From the NCBI RefSeq assembly GCF_006345805.1, contig NC_043012.1:28396001-28460000 (forward strand): DNA of 64,000 nt. The letters are read 5' to 3'. Numbering within the stretch: the first letter of the stretch is position 1; every line of letters starts with the position of its first letter. Below are positions 38,922 through 52,807 of this stretch, in pieces. Made by a program: the position numbers and the translations under genes. Under the pieces are notes generated by a model. That model was not told the origin of the DNA, ran no database searches, and was given only the letters and a program-made list of their open reading frames with translations. This DNA comes from Octopus sinensis (lineage: Eukaryota).

Positions 38922-40184
38922 CAGGATGCCAAGGGTAAATTGTCACCATTTTATATTTGTAATTTCGCGCATGCACATTCTTTGTTTTTGATTTTGTCGA
39001 CTGGACACCGTCTGTGAGAAGAAAAAAAAAAGCACAATGACACAATTGACTGCCAGAAATTTGGAAACGACATGCTGTACTGCTTGGCATTCATGCTGGA
39101 AGCTCCAATACGAACATTTCAGAGTGTTTGGGTGTCAATCTGAGGAGAGTGCAGAGGATTCGGAAAGAGTTGGATGAATCTAATGGTGATTACGAAGGTA
39201 CTGCAGCTTGGAAAACTCACTCTGATTGTTCTGATAAGAAAAGAACTCATGAATTTGTTGGTGAGAACCAGGCCATAGTTGGCAATGATCCGTCCAAGTC
39301 AATCAAGTCCATCGCAAGGGACATGGGAATGTCTGAGTTTCTTGTTAGGCTGGTAGTGTTTGAAGATATTTGGTATTCCTCATACAAGATGAGAAAGGAA
39401 CAATTTTTATTACAAGCAATCAAGGACACAAGGAAAGACCGCGCTACTAAGCTTTTGAACAAACTCAAGCATCTCCTCCAACCGAACATGCTTTGATTTT
39501 TCTCAGACGAGAAAAATTTCTGCCAGGATCAGATGATGAACACGCAGAGCAACTGTTGGCTTCCAAAAACATGTACCGAGAGTGATAAAAACCAAACATC
39601 CAGTTAACATCATGGTGTTTGGAGTGATCACTAGTAATGGCGACGTTACGCCTCCATTCATCTTCCCACATGGCCTCACACTCAACACGAAGGTCTACAT
39701 CACGTGCCTGGAGGAGGTAGTGCTGCCCAGGGTCACGAGGGTGGCTGCTGGAAGACTTTATGTCTGACAACAGGACTCTGTACCATGCTACACAAGCAGG
39801 AGGACCCAGTCATGGTTGTCAGACAATTTCTGCGACCACATCACCCCTAACATCTGGCCACCTAAATCCCCAGACTGCAACCTCCCTGATTATTATGAGT
39901 GGGGCGAGAGACCAACAAAAGTCCTTGTAATACCAAAGATGAACTGAAGGCAAAGATTATGGTAGCATTCACCAACTTAAAAAAGGAGACCGCCCAGAAG
40001 AGTTGCTGGCGATTCCGAAGTCGTCTGGAGACCGTAGTTGATGCCAGTGGCGATCTTATTGAATAAATTTACTCTCTAGTATTTCAAGATACTTTTATGT
40101 AATTTTGGTAAATAGATCTGTTAAAATGATATTGTGAGTGTTATTTTCATTGTTCGTAATTTAGACGTAATTCACCGCACCCTG
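38922..40184 (+). mobile_element. Tc1/mariner DD37D (maT) element, decayed
   Basis: TA flanks and degenerate TIRs CAGG(A/G)TGC. Motifs FSDEKNF and QQDSVP..WPPKSPDCNLPD, with 37 residues between the 2nd and 3rd D. Stops and frameshifts are present. Confidence 0.9.
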
Positions 40185-40309
40185 TATATTTAATACCCTG
40201 GTGTTGGATGTATAATTTAACAAAGCTGGGTGAAATAAGTATTTACACGACGCAATACGATCAGATCCAAGGTTCATTCACTGGAATTTCAACATCAACA
40301 ACAGGGTAT

Positions 40310-41410
40310 TTTTGTATGTATGTATGTATGTATGTATGTATGTATGTATGTATGTATGTATGTATGTATGTATGTATGCATGCATGCATGTATGTATGCA
40401 TGTATGTATGTATGTATGTATTTATGTATGTATGTATTTATGTATGTATGTATGTATTATGTATGTATGTATGTTTATATGTATGTATGTGCAGATTTGT
40501 ATGTTTTATGTATGCATTCTCATACATTTAGTTACATATCTAGACATGCTCATATGTATGTAAATGATAAACGTCTGGAAAGTTTTACAGAGTTTTACAG
40601 TTCCAGTGATGGATTGGATCTGTATTCTTCGAATTAGCTTTCTCCTTTCTGGTTTTGAGAAGCCTAATTTCTCAAGATTGGTATTTAGGCAGTGTGTTAC
40701 ATATCCCAGGGCCCCAATAATTACAGATATAAACCTGAACTTGTAATCTGGATGGAGTAACTGCAGATTTCTCAATAGTTCAGCATAAGTGTTCTCTTTT
40801 TCATTGATCTTCAGCTTTATGTTAACATCCGCTGGGCAGCTGATTTCAACAACTGTGCACAGTTTCTCTTCTCTATCCCAAATCATTGATACAGGTCTGT
40901 TGTGCTTACATTTTATTGAGGTCTTCAATGGTTCATTCCACCAGTATTCCTTTATATTATGAGTGGCTATAGCTTCTACCATATTGTGTGTTCATATTTC
41001 TTTGTTCTCGAGATTATCCTTCCGACGGATTTCATTATAGAGTGTCCTAGCTACAACGTCATGTCTTATCGGTAGATAATACCGTGAATGACATTTTCGG
41101 ACAACTGCTTATGATGTAGGGGATATCTTCCATGTTAACTCCACAAAGTCTCCACAAAGTTGTCACATTTTACTGATTTTCCTGCATCGCTATCCCTTTT
41201 GTGCATCAGGTATTTGCTTGATATTTCCTGTTCCTGGACTGCAAACACATACCCTTGAAAGTGGGAGGTAGGAATCCGGTTATTGGTCCATGAAAGACTG
41301 CTTTGATGTTCAATGTTACTATCATCTCAGAGCTTTCTACTAACATATCCGTGCATAGTCTTCTGCTCATATTGACTCATCCTTTCATCTGATGATACGT
41401 TGCGGTAGAG
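40310..41410 (-). mobile_element. 5'-truncated RLE-type (R4/NeSL-like) LINE with (ACAT)n tail
   Basis: Zinc-knuckle remnant RLCGVNMEDIPYIISSCP, then RHDVV, then an RLE domain NRPVSMIWD..VVEISCP..KENTY..VIIGALG (ORF 40506-40982). The tail is (TATG)n on the plus strand. Confidence 0.85.
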
Positions 41411-41433
41411 TCTTATGTGTGTGTGTGTGTATG

Positions 41434-41536
<103 letters not shown>

Positions 41537-43799
41537 TAACCACATAAATATTCTATATCTTGTCTGGATACGAATGTGTATTTAGTAGTTAAGCGTTCAA
41601 AAATGTGACGCCTAATTAGCAGAATAATCGAGATTATCGTGAGGGATTTTACTGCCGTGGAAGCAGTCGAAACAACACGGTCACAGATGCTCTCAATTCT
41701 CTTGTAAGATATCTTACAGAGACACACAGACACACCTCAGTATTGTATAAATATATGTTGCTTACACACACACACACACACACACACACTAAATACTGTT
41801 TACATTGCACTCTCGCTCTCCCTCTCCCTTACACACTTCTGACAAACACTTTCGAAATTTTCACATTCACAGAATCGTAGGGACTCTTCCTAGACATTAA
41901 CTCATAGATTCTATTGTTTAACCTCATTTCATCTCTAATTTTTTCTATTGTCGGCATAAAACCTGAAATTTTAGTCTTGTCGATTACCTTCACCGCAGTG
42001 TTCAACTGGCCTGTCCCATAAGTCCTTTCATTCCAGAAAGGATGAAAAGCCTTAGCGGGCAGAGCTATAATCAGAGACATGCCAGACATGATCATCCAGT
42101 GGTTATGTATATATATAAGATATGACATAATATGCCGTATCCTTTTTAAAGAAGTTAAGGTGAATTTTAGGGTGAATTGGTTGCTATCTCTAGTACGTCG
42201 AGAGAACACTTAGATACTCTCTAAATGGCCCACTGGAATGTCCCAGTTGCTGTTGTTGTGCCTATTTAACCCCGAGTCATTCCCGATAGAATAAGTACTA
42301 GACTTACAAAGAAGTCCTCTTGTTCATTTCCTCGACTAAAGAAACAGGCGGTGCTCCAGCATGACCACAATCAAAAATGACTGAAACAAGTAAAAGAATA
42401 AAAGAATAGATTTAAGGGAGAAACAATTTTACTTTGTAAATACTATGGCTACTGCAGATATAATTTCGTTCATTCTGGCGATATCGATATTTGTATATCA
42501 CCCATGGTGTTCCGATTACAAAAACTATGACAAATACATTCATTGAATGCCATAATATTTTATTTTTTAGTTCAACAGCTAAGCCGGTGTCATTTCTTAG
42601 ATTTTCGAATCATTGTAGTTAATTGGTATAGCTATTTCGATAAAAGTACACGGTTATCGTTTGTGTCATTTTTTAAATATTAATGTATTCATAGAATTTT
42701 CTAGATTAGTAACAGCGTTGTTCGACATAACTTTCAACCATTTCTATAATTTTCTACAATGCTACGATTAATTCCCTTTCACTAACATTCCCTTAATTTT
42801 CTACCGTTTCCCTCCTTTTCCAATATACTCTTATATTATCGTATTCTCCGATGTCAGTTATTGTGACCTAATTTGCTTTGAATGACACTTTCTCACCTAA
42901 TGTCGTAATTTACTGTGGTTGTTGCGACAGTGGGTGGTTCAGTTGCTACTGTTATTACTTTCGTCAATGTTAACGTCACTACTACAACCGACGTCGACGC
43001 TGCCACCACTACAAAATTACTAAACTCCACCTGACGCTCAAAATGCTGGATAATAATGAATTGCACATCAAACAGGCCGCCATATCTATTTGGTGTGCAA
43101 TTACATCATATCTAAAATCTGTAATTTTCCGAGTGGTGTAGCTCAAGTATACGCTTCCTCAATCACACTCAACAGTTTCACTATATACAAACACTTTTTT
43201 CCAAGCTCCACAAAATATAAACACAGCTCTTGCACAGATGGCATCCCAGTCTCGTCTTCCTTTTCAACGTTTCAACTTTTGTAACCCCACGTCAATCACT
43301 TAAAACTATGGCTCCAAACAAATGACTAGAAAATATAATACCTACTTGAAAGTTATAACTAGAGTTATGAATTTGTGGATCATGTTAGTTGCACGGCAGA
43401 CTCAAAGGTCTGTTTGATCAGGTTGGCCCGAGGAGTCTACATAGCAATACGCATCTCTTTTCCTAGCATTATATACAACTAATAATGGCACAGAAGAACA
43501 TAAACATTCCACACATACCGAAGAACAAAATGCTAAGAAATATCAATATCACCTCAATAATATTTACATCAAGCGTGAGGCGAACGGCGCTCAGCGCTCT
43601 GAGTTCAAATCACGCAGGGATCTATTTTACCGTTCATCCTTCGTGAATCAATGAAAATGTATCAATTCTTTTCTCTTTCCACCTCCCTCTCTCTCTACGA
43701 GTATCTCTCCCTCCACACACACTCTCTCTACTTTGGCTTATAGCTTTGCTCAAAAACTGTTCTGATAAAAAGCAACAGTAATAATTATTTCACATTTTT

Positions 43800-43935
43800 G
43801 CCACGAGGGGCACCTTGGGAGAGGTGAGCGAAGAGACGATTACATCGACCCCAGTGTTCAACTGGTACTTATTTTATCGACCCCGAAAGTATGAAAGATA
43901 AAGTTAACCTCGGCGGAATTTGAACTCAGAACGTA
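43800..43935 (-). mobile_element. SINE family B copy
   Basis: GATTACATCGACCCCAGTGTTCAACTGGTACTTATTTTATCGACCCCGAAAG..CGGCGGAATTTGAACTC. Confidence 0.8.
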
Positions 43936-44303
43936 GCGGCGGGAATGTTTTTTATGTTTTTTTTTCGTTGTTCGAAAAAAGTTCGTTTTGTATGTTTTTG
44001 TTTTTTATGTTCCCGATTCTCATTCTGTCTACGTTTTTTTTTGATGTCCTGTACCCATATATGCATGTATATATACATATATATGTAGGTATGTACATAT
44101 ATGTATGTATATATGCATATATTTATATTATATGATCGAACGACACGTATCCTTTTCCAAGTAAGTATATATATATATATATATATCACCGTGATCACCG
44201 TGACCGACCAGGCTATCAGATGTTGCTACACATCGCTGGTCACAATGCGCTTCGCATTGTTTTAGCCTTCAAATGACGCCACCCCGCTGGCTAAACAAGC
44301 AGG

Positions 44304-44346
<43 letters not shown>

Positions 44347-44428
44347 GACAGGCTTTTTTCAGTTTCCGTCTATCAAAACCACTCACAAAGATGAACCCGG
44401 AATCATGTAGTTGGTAAGCAAGTTACTT

Positions 44429-46434
44429 TATTTCCTTTCATTATATTTGCCATAAAGGCAGTACATAGAGTATAGTAGCTTTGCGGGCTGGACAAGGACA
44501 TTAATGAAATGAATGATAACGAAACAAGGATGATGAGAATGGGAGAAGACAAAAAGCGCCCGCCGACTTTTGCTTCTCAAAACATTGTTCTTTAAAAACA
44601 AACACAAATCGAGCTATTAAACTTCTTACAGTTTTTACAATTTTTTCAATTTTTGGACTTCATAGTCCATTTCAAATAATAACATAGCTCACAAAACTCA
44701 ATTATTCTCCTCCCCGACCAGGCTGTACGCTACCCTTAGGCACTGATCCCGAAGGCACCCATCACCCTGAACGTACCGACATCCGATATGACCTTCGTAG
44801 TCACCTACGAAGGCCAATACTCGTCCTCTGTTCAGGGCATGGGCTCCTCTCTCCGGTCATCCAGCTTCTTTACGAAGCTCTGTACTGCCCCTCCATTCTG
44901 GAAGAAGATGACAAAATCATCTTTCCTCCTTCTGTTTCCTCTGTCGGTGACACACATCCTACCGACAAAGTTTCCGGGCGTGCCGACAGTTCACCATCAA
45001 CCGCCGGCAATGTCCCGTTCTCCTTCTTTTTACGCTTCTTCTTTTCCTTCATGACGGGAAGATGGAGTTCCTCCGTCTTGTCTGGAAGTCCTTCCATTCA
45101 TCCCGCCGCCTCAGGATCCATTGGTGGGCAACCATTGTTGGCCACCTCCTTTCTTTTTCGATGGGGTTGCCTCCCCCTAGACTTCCTCCCTCTCAACCTC
45201 CCCCTACAATGGGGGAGCAGGGGGCTCTTCTATTAACTGTTCCAGAACCTTCTTTATGTTGCCCAATTCCAGACACAGGTGACACTTGGGGATGGGGGCG
45301 TCCCTCAAGGATCACCAGGTACCTGGAACCGACCATTGTTAGAAAATCTGGCAAAACCAGATCATCGGCTGATTGGGTCCATAGGGTCAAAATTGCTTTT
45401 GACCCCACCCAGTCGGCCACAGGGAGAATTCTGACATTCAAGAGTTTGGCAGTGCTACCACCCAGATCCCAACGGATAGTGTCTTCTATCCATTCGGGCT
45501 ATATACCGGGTGGTAGCCCACACACCCAAGCTCTTGTCAGTCTCCTCCCTTCATAAGTGGGAAGAAACAAAATTTTCTCCTCTTGTAATGGTTTGCTCGC
45601 GAAATCCCGAGCCTCCGCAGGGGTGTCAAACAACACACACACACTGTCGCGTATTTAACACCCCTTTGGATAAACTTGATCGTTGGCAGGTACTCCGCCA
45701 ACTCTTTTTCAGTGTCTGTGAGAGCACAGTGATGGTGTCAAGAACCTTAGAATAGGTTAACACCATCGTTCTTTCAGAAAAATTTTGCAACCACTGTTTG
45801 TGGGCCACTATTTGCCACTCCAAAACAGTATTTTTTTGCCATATTGACAAAAATAAATAAAATGTAAAATGTTCAACACAAAAGTTCAAAAATTCAAATT
45901 AAAGTCAATGATAAGCACAAAAAAAGAATGGAAATACAGAGGAGAGAAACAGAACGAAGGAAGACAGTTCAAATGGCGACACAATTCTGCTACTCAGGTA
46001 ATCCACAGTGTTCTGTCGCAGCACAAAATTTCGATTTTGGTTTCTCACAATTAAGTGAGACACAAAAAACAGTAATTTTCCTGGCTGTCCCGGTACTCCT
46101 GGCCCAAAATGGTAATCCACGGGCACAAAAACAGTCAGAAATACCAGTCAAAAAATAGCAGTTAGAATAACACAATTTTCAGGAGGGATACGCCTCCCAA
46201 AACACACTTCTCACAACTAAGTGAGACTTTAAGCACGACCACTGGCAGACAAATGCATGGAACCCAGTGGAGACCTCTTGTTCTAAAAAAAAAAATAATA
46301 CGAGCAGCAGACCCCGACTAGGTCCCGCCAAAAAGCAGATGTCTTACCTAGTAGTCGTGCTTCACTATTTCACGACGCTGACACACACCGACGTGATTTC
46401 CACCGCGAAAACAACGCGTCCACTCTGTACTGAA
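44429..46434 (-). mobile_element. ORF1-only L1/Tx1 derivative (HAL1-like) with 15-bp TSD
   Basis: ORF1 remnants RTMVLTYSKV, RAWVCGLPPG and LPDFLTMVGSRYLVILEGRP/KCHLCLELG. No APE or RT sequence is seen. Flanked by GTAAGCAAGTTACTT (44414-44428) and GTAAGCAAGCTGCTT (46435-46449) within a split family A SINE. Confidence 0.7.
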
Positions 46435-46763
46435 GTAAGCAAGCTGCTTACCACACAGCTACTCTTGCGCCTATTATGATATTTTTAAAAACTTTTCTAT
46501 GGTAGATTCTCCATAGAAAAAGTTGTGTGTTTAGAGAAAATTAATTTATTTTACTATGAATAAATCGAAACTTGAAAATTTTTAATTGTAATGTTAATGT
46601 TAATTTTTTTAGCTGTGTTATTTATACACTTGATTTTACATTCGGATTTTTTAAACAGGTATTCATGATTAACTCATATCTACTTTTTATCTCCCCATCA
46701 CCCAAAAATAATAAAAAATGAAGTATCAAATATAAGAGACTTTTTTTAAAGTTAGGGTTGCAA

Positions 46764-46926
46764 GGCGTGGGTGTGTGGTAATAAGTTTGCTTCTTAATCT
46801 CATGGTTCCGGGTTCAGTTCCACCGTATGTCACCTTGGACAAATGTCTTCTACAATATCCTCGGACCGACTAAAACCTTGTGAGTGGATTTGGTTGACGG
46901 AAATTGAAAGAAGCTCGTCGTATATT

Positions 46927-47012
<86 letters not shown>

Positions 47013-47070
47013 CCACCGCTTAACAACCAGTGCTGGTGTGTTTACGTTCCCGAAACTTAGCGGTTCGAAA
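46764..47070 (+). mobile_element. SINE family A, 5' part (continues at 49385-49500)
   Basis: The head and body match 20759. It breaks after GCGGTTCG and resumes at CCGATA..TACTGGGATCGATT..GTCTAATGACTG..AAAAG. Confidence 0.7.
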
Positions 47071-49376
47071 TAAGTTAAGTTAAGTTAGTTCTTTGGCTCA
47101 AAAAGCAAGGCCATGTAGGGGGACATGAAGTTATGTACAGGGTGGTGTCCATGCAAAGAGTTCAGGCCATTTGTGGTCAAGGGAGACTTTGAACAGAGCG
47201 GTCGTCGGCATCTTCACTATCTCGTCCGGCAGCTTATTCCACGGATCCACAACCCGGACGGAGAAAGCCCCTCTCCTTCGATTGAGATGAAATCGTCGCA
47301 GATAGAGCTTTTCGAAGTGACCCCGCAGCCGACGTTCTGAAGCAGGAGTGAAGAACAGGTCTTTCGAGAGGTTACACTTTCTGCTTATGATGTTGTGAGC
47401 AAAAATGAGATCACCACGGCGTCGTCGTTTTTCTAGAGAATAAAGGTCGAGCGTCTTCAGCCTTTCTTCATAAGACAAATGCTTGAGACCAAGAACCATG
47501 TGGGTAGCCAGCTTCTGGACTCTTTCGAAACGATGTATGTCTTTGAGGAGATAAGGGGAAGAGGCTTGAATCCCGTACTCCAATATGGGGCTCACCAGCG
47601 TGACATAGAGCGGTAGGAATATGACTGCTGTGAGCATTCTGAATCAAAAACAGAACTCCGCGTGCTTTGTTGGCAGCATGGACGCACTGGGCCGAAGGCG
47701 AAAAGGAAGAATCCACTAAGCTACCCAGGTCCTTTACCTGGTCGGTCCTCTCCAGCAGCAGACGACCCGGCTCGAAATCAAGTTGAGTTGCAGGACAAGA
47801 GCCAACAGGCAGATGACAGCACTTTGACACGTTCAGACACAGGTCCCATTCGTTAGACCATCTCCAAACTTGGTGGAGGCATCGACGAAGATCCTCTGTA
47901 TCACTGCGAGGAGCGACCAGTTTGACATCATCGGCAAATAGAAGGGTGTGTTGCATGAGTTCGTTGGGCAAGTCATTTATGAAGACTATGAACAATAAGG
48001 GCCCAAGCACTGAACCTTGTGGCACGCCACTGCTCGCACTGGAGACGTTGGACCGCGAGCCATTAACTTGGACTTGGAAGGAGCGATCTGAGAGGAAGGC
48101 ACCAACCCATCGTACAATATCCGGATGGAAACTATATGCTTGAAGCTTGACAAGTAATAGGCGGTGGTTTACCGAGTCAAAATATTTGGCAAAGTCCAAT
48201 AAAACGATGTCAACAGCATCACCATCATCGAGGATACGCGTCACCAATTCTTCCATTACCAGTAAGTTGGTCAAGCATGATCTCTTCTTAAGGATGGTTT
48301 CGAACATCTTGCTGATTATTAAAGTATGGGAAACCGGTCGGTAGTTAAGCGGGTCTTCGCGGCTCCCTTTCTTGAAAATTGGGCAGATTATCGCTGTTCT
48401 CCAGTCCGCAGGTATAACACCCATCGCTAATGACATATTGAATAGAAGTGTTAAAGGCTCGCAGATGAACGGAGCCAATGCTTTGATAACCTGTGGGTGT
48501 ATGCCGTCAGGGCCGTGACCCTTGTTGACATCGAGGCCTTGAATAACGCGTTCGACTTCGTCCCGCGTGATGACCAATCTAAGCATTGGAGGTACCGATT
48601 TATCAAATGGAGGGGGTTCACGACCATCACCTTGTTTGAAAATAGTTGAAAAAGCCTCGGCAAATAACTGACTCTGTTGATAAGGGTCCTCAATCGATAC
48701 GCCTGTTGAGTCTGCCAACGTTGCGATTTGGTTGTTCAAGCGGGAATTCCGTTGGACATCGGCAAAGAAGGTTTTTGGATTGCGACTGGCGTTTGCCGCG
48801 ATTCTGTATTCATATCTGAAGCGTTCTTCCTTTTCAATTTTCACGGCTCGGTCTCGTTGAGTTTTGTACACCTCAAAAGCTGCAGTCGAATCTAGATTTT
48901 TGAATTCAGCCCAAGCAATATCTCTGAGTCGAAGTTCTCGTTTAACCTTCTTCGTCACCCAGGGCTTGTGTTTCTTCTTGGGAAGCCCAACGGGAACTGC
49001 TTGGTCAGTCAACCAGATTACATATGCTTTGAGGGACGACCATAGTTCGTCAATTGAGGACATCGTCATCAGGGATCGCCAGTCCAGAAGCCTCGATTAG
49101 AATTTCAAGATTGATTGCAGAGAAGACTCTACGTGGCAGCGAAGTAGTCGTGGGCGTAGAAAAAGTTGTGTGCATGACGAACTTCAGGACCGCATGATCA
49201 CTCTTGGCAAGAGGGGCGCACACAGATACGTCTGACACTGATCTTGGATAGCGGGAGAATACCAGATGCAGCATAGATGGCTGCTGCCCAGACCGATGCC
49301 TTATCGGATATTCAACGTGTTGCGATAGAAAACAATCTTCAGCCACGTCAAGAAGGACCTGGCCGAACCGGGAAGA
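47071..49376 (-). mobile_element. CR1-clade LINE, 5'-truncated (APE C-terminus and RT), (AACTT)n tail
   Basis: ORF 47468-49069: GPDGIHP, NYRPVS, LDFAKYFDSVNH, GVPQGSVLGPLLF, LFADDVKL. KSDH is at about 49200. The C-terminal ORF 47131-47637 is frameshifted. Confidence 0.93.
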
Positions 49377-49738
49377 TGATGTACAAATCATCCGATATAT
49401 ATAAATAAATACTGGGATCGATTCGTCCGACTGAAATTTTTCCAATGTGGTGTCCCAGTCTAATGACTGGGGCAAATAAAAGATAAAAGATAAAAAATAA
49501 TGTGGAAGAGTAAAATATGCAGATAAAAACTCTGTTACATATGTCTGCCAATACTTTGGTAAAATTCAATGATTCAGCATTATTAGCAAATATCACATCC
49601 GCAGCTGGACGTCTTCAACTGAATCAGTTTCTGAGTGTTACAATATTATGACCTCTGACCCGATCAAACTTAACATAACTCCTAGCCTATATTTTAACCT
49701 TATTCAGAAATAGCCCTGTATATTTTATTGAGTCAGCA

Positions 49739-49906
49739 CACAAGTGTAGCTAGAGTATGTGCCACCCGGGGTGGCCCTTCCGTTTGCCGCTCCCAGACCC
49801 CACAAAAAACGCATATTGCCTTCAGCAGACCCAAAAGTGGTGTCCCTTTAAAAGTGTCACCCTGGGTGGACCGCCCCCTGCCGCCCCTCCCCCAGCTGCG
49901 CTTGTG
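49739..49906. mobile_element. Small GC-rich MITE-like element
   Basis: 13-bp TIRs CACAAG(T/C)G(T/C)AGCT and internal inverted CACCC(G/T)GGG(T/G)TG motifs. Confidence 0.5.
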
Positions 49907-52194
49907 GGTCAACCTCATAATTTAACAGAACCTGTTGTTTCTAAACCTGGTGTCAATCTTGTAAAACCAATGTTATTATTGGATTTAGCGCTCCCAAATT
50001 ACCATATATTCATTCCCAAAACAGATCAGTTATGTTGGCCAGTGGCATTATTACTGAAAAACTGAATTGTTTCTCAAACAGCCATTCAAAATTGATCCTA
50101 GCCGATGATTTGCTGGCATTTAAATTCATCGATATCTTCATTCCTAGGGCTTTCATTGTTGTGTTTTATTAAATGAAAGTTTTAATTAATCCAAATGTAC
50201 AGTTAAATTTCTATATGTAACTGCAAAGAAAAAACTCATCTAATTAGAAAAAAACGAAAAGTAAACGGATAGTTAAAAATTGGTCGCAGGCCACTGTATT
50301 TATAGGGTGCTGGAGGTTTTCAGGTCACATTTGGCAATTTAATGAACTAACTGTAATCTAACAAAGACAAAACAAAGACCTTCACGGTTAGGGCCGGATA
50401 CTCACCACCACCGATCACTTCAGGCTTTAGATAACCTCACTCTCGGCTAGATTAAGAATATATTCCACTCCACCAATGACATGGAGAACCTAAGTCAGCT
50501 TCAGGTTGGAAAAATAAAGTTTCACAGGGTTCACAGTGGCCTCTCTATAAAACTTGGTACTGTTACGAGTCTCAACTACACAATGTTGATTTCGACTCGG
50601 TTGTTGGTTAAGGCGCACTCAGCAGGAGCTCTGAAGTTACCATACGGGGGGAGGGTCGTAGCAACGGCCACAAGTTTGCGGCTTTATCACAAAATACAGT
50701 ATCGTCTATAGCCACTCTGCAACACTTTCTTGGGATATAACTTATGGTTGGCATCAGCAATAAACCTAATCCGATCGCTATACTCCACTTTAGCGACAGC
50801 TTCGTTATTTTGAGTGTGTGTGTAAAATATATTCATTGAATCGAACTCGGGGGAATAAATTGCAAAATCTTCTATGACGACGAATAACTTATTAATTTAC
50901 TTACAAACTTCTGCGTTCGATTTTTAGAATCGATTTTGCCATTGATCCCGTCGGAGATCTATACAGGATACAAGTGCTTTCTCAAAGTAACATTGCTTTA
51001 TTCATGATCCTAAAATATTTTCATTCTTTATACAAACGTATCTTTGTTTACTGCAGCCAGAAATAGTCATTTAATAAGATATGTCAAAGCCAGTTCACTT
51101 TACTCATAAATCTTGAAAAGGTATGGCAGACACAACTTTACACCGTTCTCCTCCATGTAACTGTAGCCATGCGCTTCTAAGTACACAACAATTATTTCAT
51201 AGACTGAATCTTTTATTATTAAAGAGTCATAGTGCGAGATGCATTGTTCATGACGTATTAAGACCCCTATTGTCTTTGAAAAAAATCATGTAAAAAAGAA
51301 AAAGATCTTACTCAGGCTTTCTGCCAAATTAATCAAATATATGTTTATATATTTACTAGTTCCATTGATTTAATTGTGTTCTTTAGTTATTTAGAGTTTT
51401 CAATTTTCTTTTGGTTGAGGCCAAAATGTAGAGTTCAACTACTTGACCTCATTAGTAGGCTCTAGTAATTACTCGACAAGTTATGGTTAATTATTGCTGT
51501 TAATGTTGGTCTTGTGTTTGTAATTTTGTTTAGTTTTGTTATGTCTAATTATGTCCTAAATAAAAGCTGGCGCGCGAGTTAGCAGAAACGACAGTGCACT
51601 AGATTTAGTAAATGCTATTGTAGTACTTATTTAGTTCCGTCTTCCGTCTTTACTCACAGGTGCGCGTGTTTATATATATATATATATTATATATATATAT
51701 AAACTAACATTTGTTTTTATAGGCGTCGAAATATGTATTGAACGATACAAACTAGATGATATTTTTTCGAACGCAGAGTTGCCATTAGAATGGCAAAAAT
51801 ACTGGGTAAATTACCCTTATAAAGCGGAAAAAATTGTTAACAAACGGCCATGGGACTCGAACCCATATCCGGTTACGATTCATTTTGTCTTTCACCCTTC
51901 AAGGATCCATGAAATAAGTATTAGTAGCATATCGGGTTGATTCAATCGACTAAATCTCTTTCGTTTTAAGAATTAGCTTATTAACTTATAATGATAAGCC
52001 TATGCTTTCATCCCTTTGAAAATCATCAGTTTAGTACCAGTAACGTACAAATGTTAATTTTATTGACTGTATTAGTTCACTTCTGCTTAATCGAATGGAA
52101 ATCATCATTGCTGTAAAATGCGAGCATGCGCTGAGTGGGCAAACGCTTAGCTTCTGGCCATGTTAAATACAAGGTATCAAGTATGTTAATTATC

Positions 52195-52606
52195 TTTTTC
52201 TTTTATGTTTTACTTGTTTCAGTCATGTGGCTACAGCCATGCTGGAGCACAATCTTGAAGAATTTTTAGTCGAACGAATCGACCCCAGTACTTATTTTTT
52301 TTAAAGTCTAATACTTATTCTATCTTTGACTTATTACCAAACGGGAACGTAAACATCCCAACGCCGGTTGTCAAGCGGTGATGAGGGATAAATATAGACA
52401 CAAAGACACGCGCGCACGCACACACACACACATGCACATACACAACGGGTTTCTTTCAGTTTCCGTCTACTAAATCCACTCACAGGGTTTTGGTCGGCCC
52501 AAGGCTATAGTAGAAAACATTTATCTAAGGTGCCACGCAGTGGGACTGAACGCAGAACCATGTGGTTGGGAAGCAAACTTCTTACCACACAGCCATGCCT
52601 GCGCCT
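52195..52606 (-). mobile_element. SINE family A, near full length
   Basis: Reverse complement of the 20759-21167 organisation. Confidence 0.85.
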
Positions 52607-52753
52607 ATAAATGATGAATAAGTTTAATCGATTTCGAAACTAATTGGGTTCTCATTAAAGTTATCTACGTCACGTGATCAATCCCGAATTAAATTGTAGA
52701 ATTTTAAAAAAGGTAAATACATGCATATATACACACAATGCTACACACATGCG

Positions 52754-52807
<54 letters not shown>

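Noticed and set aside
47468-49069. Host protein-coding gene or domesticated RT
   Set aside because: It is a 5'-truncated, frameshifted, internally deleted CR1-type ORF2 with a LINE tail.
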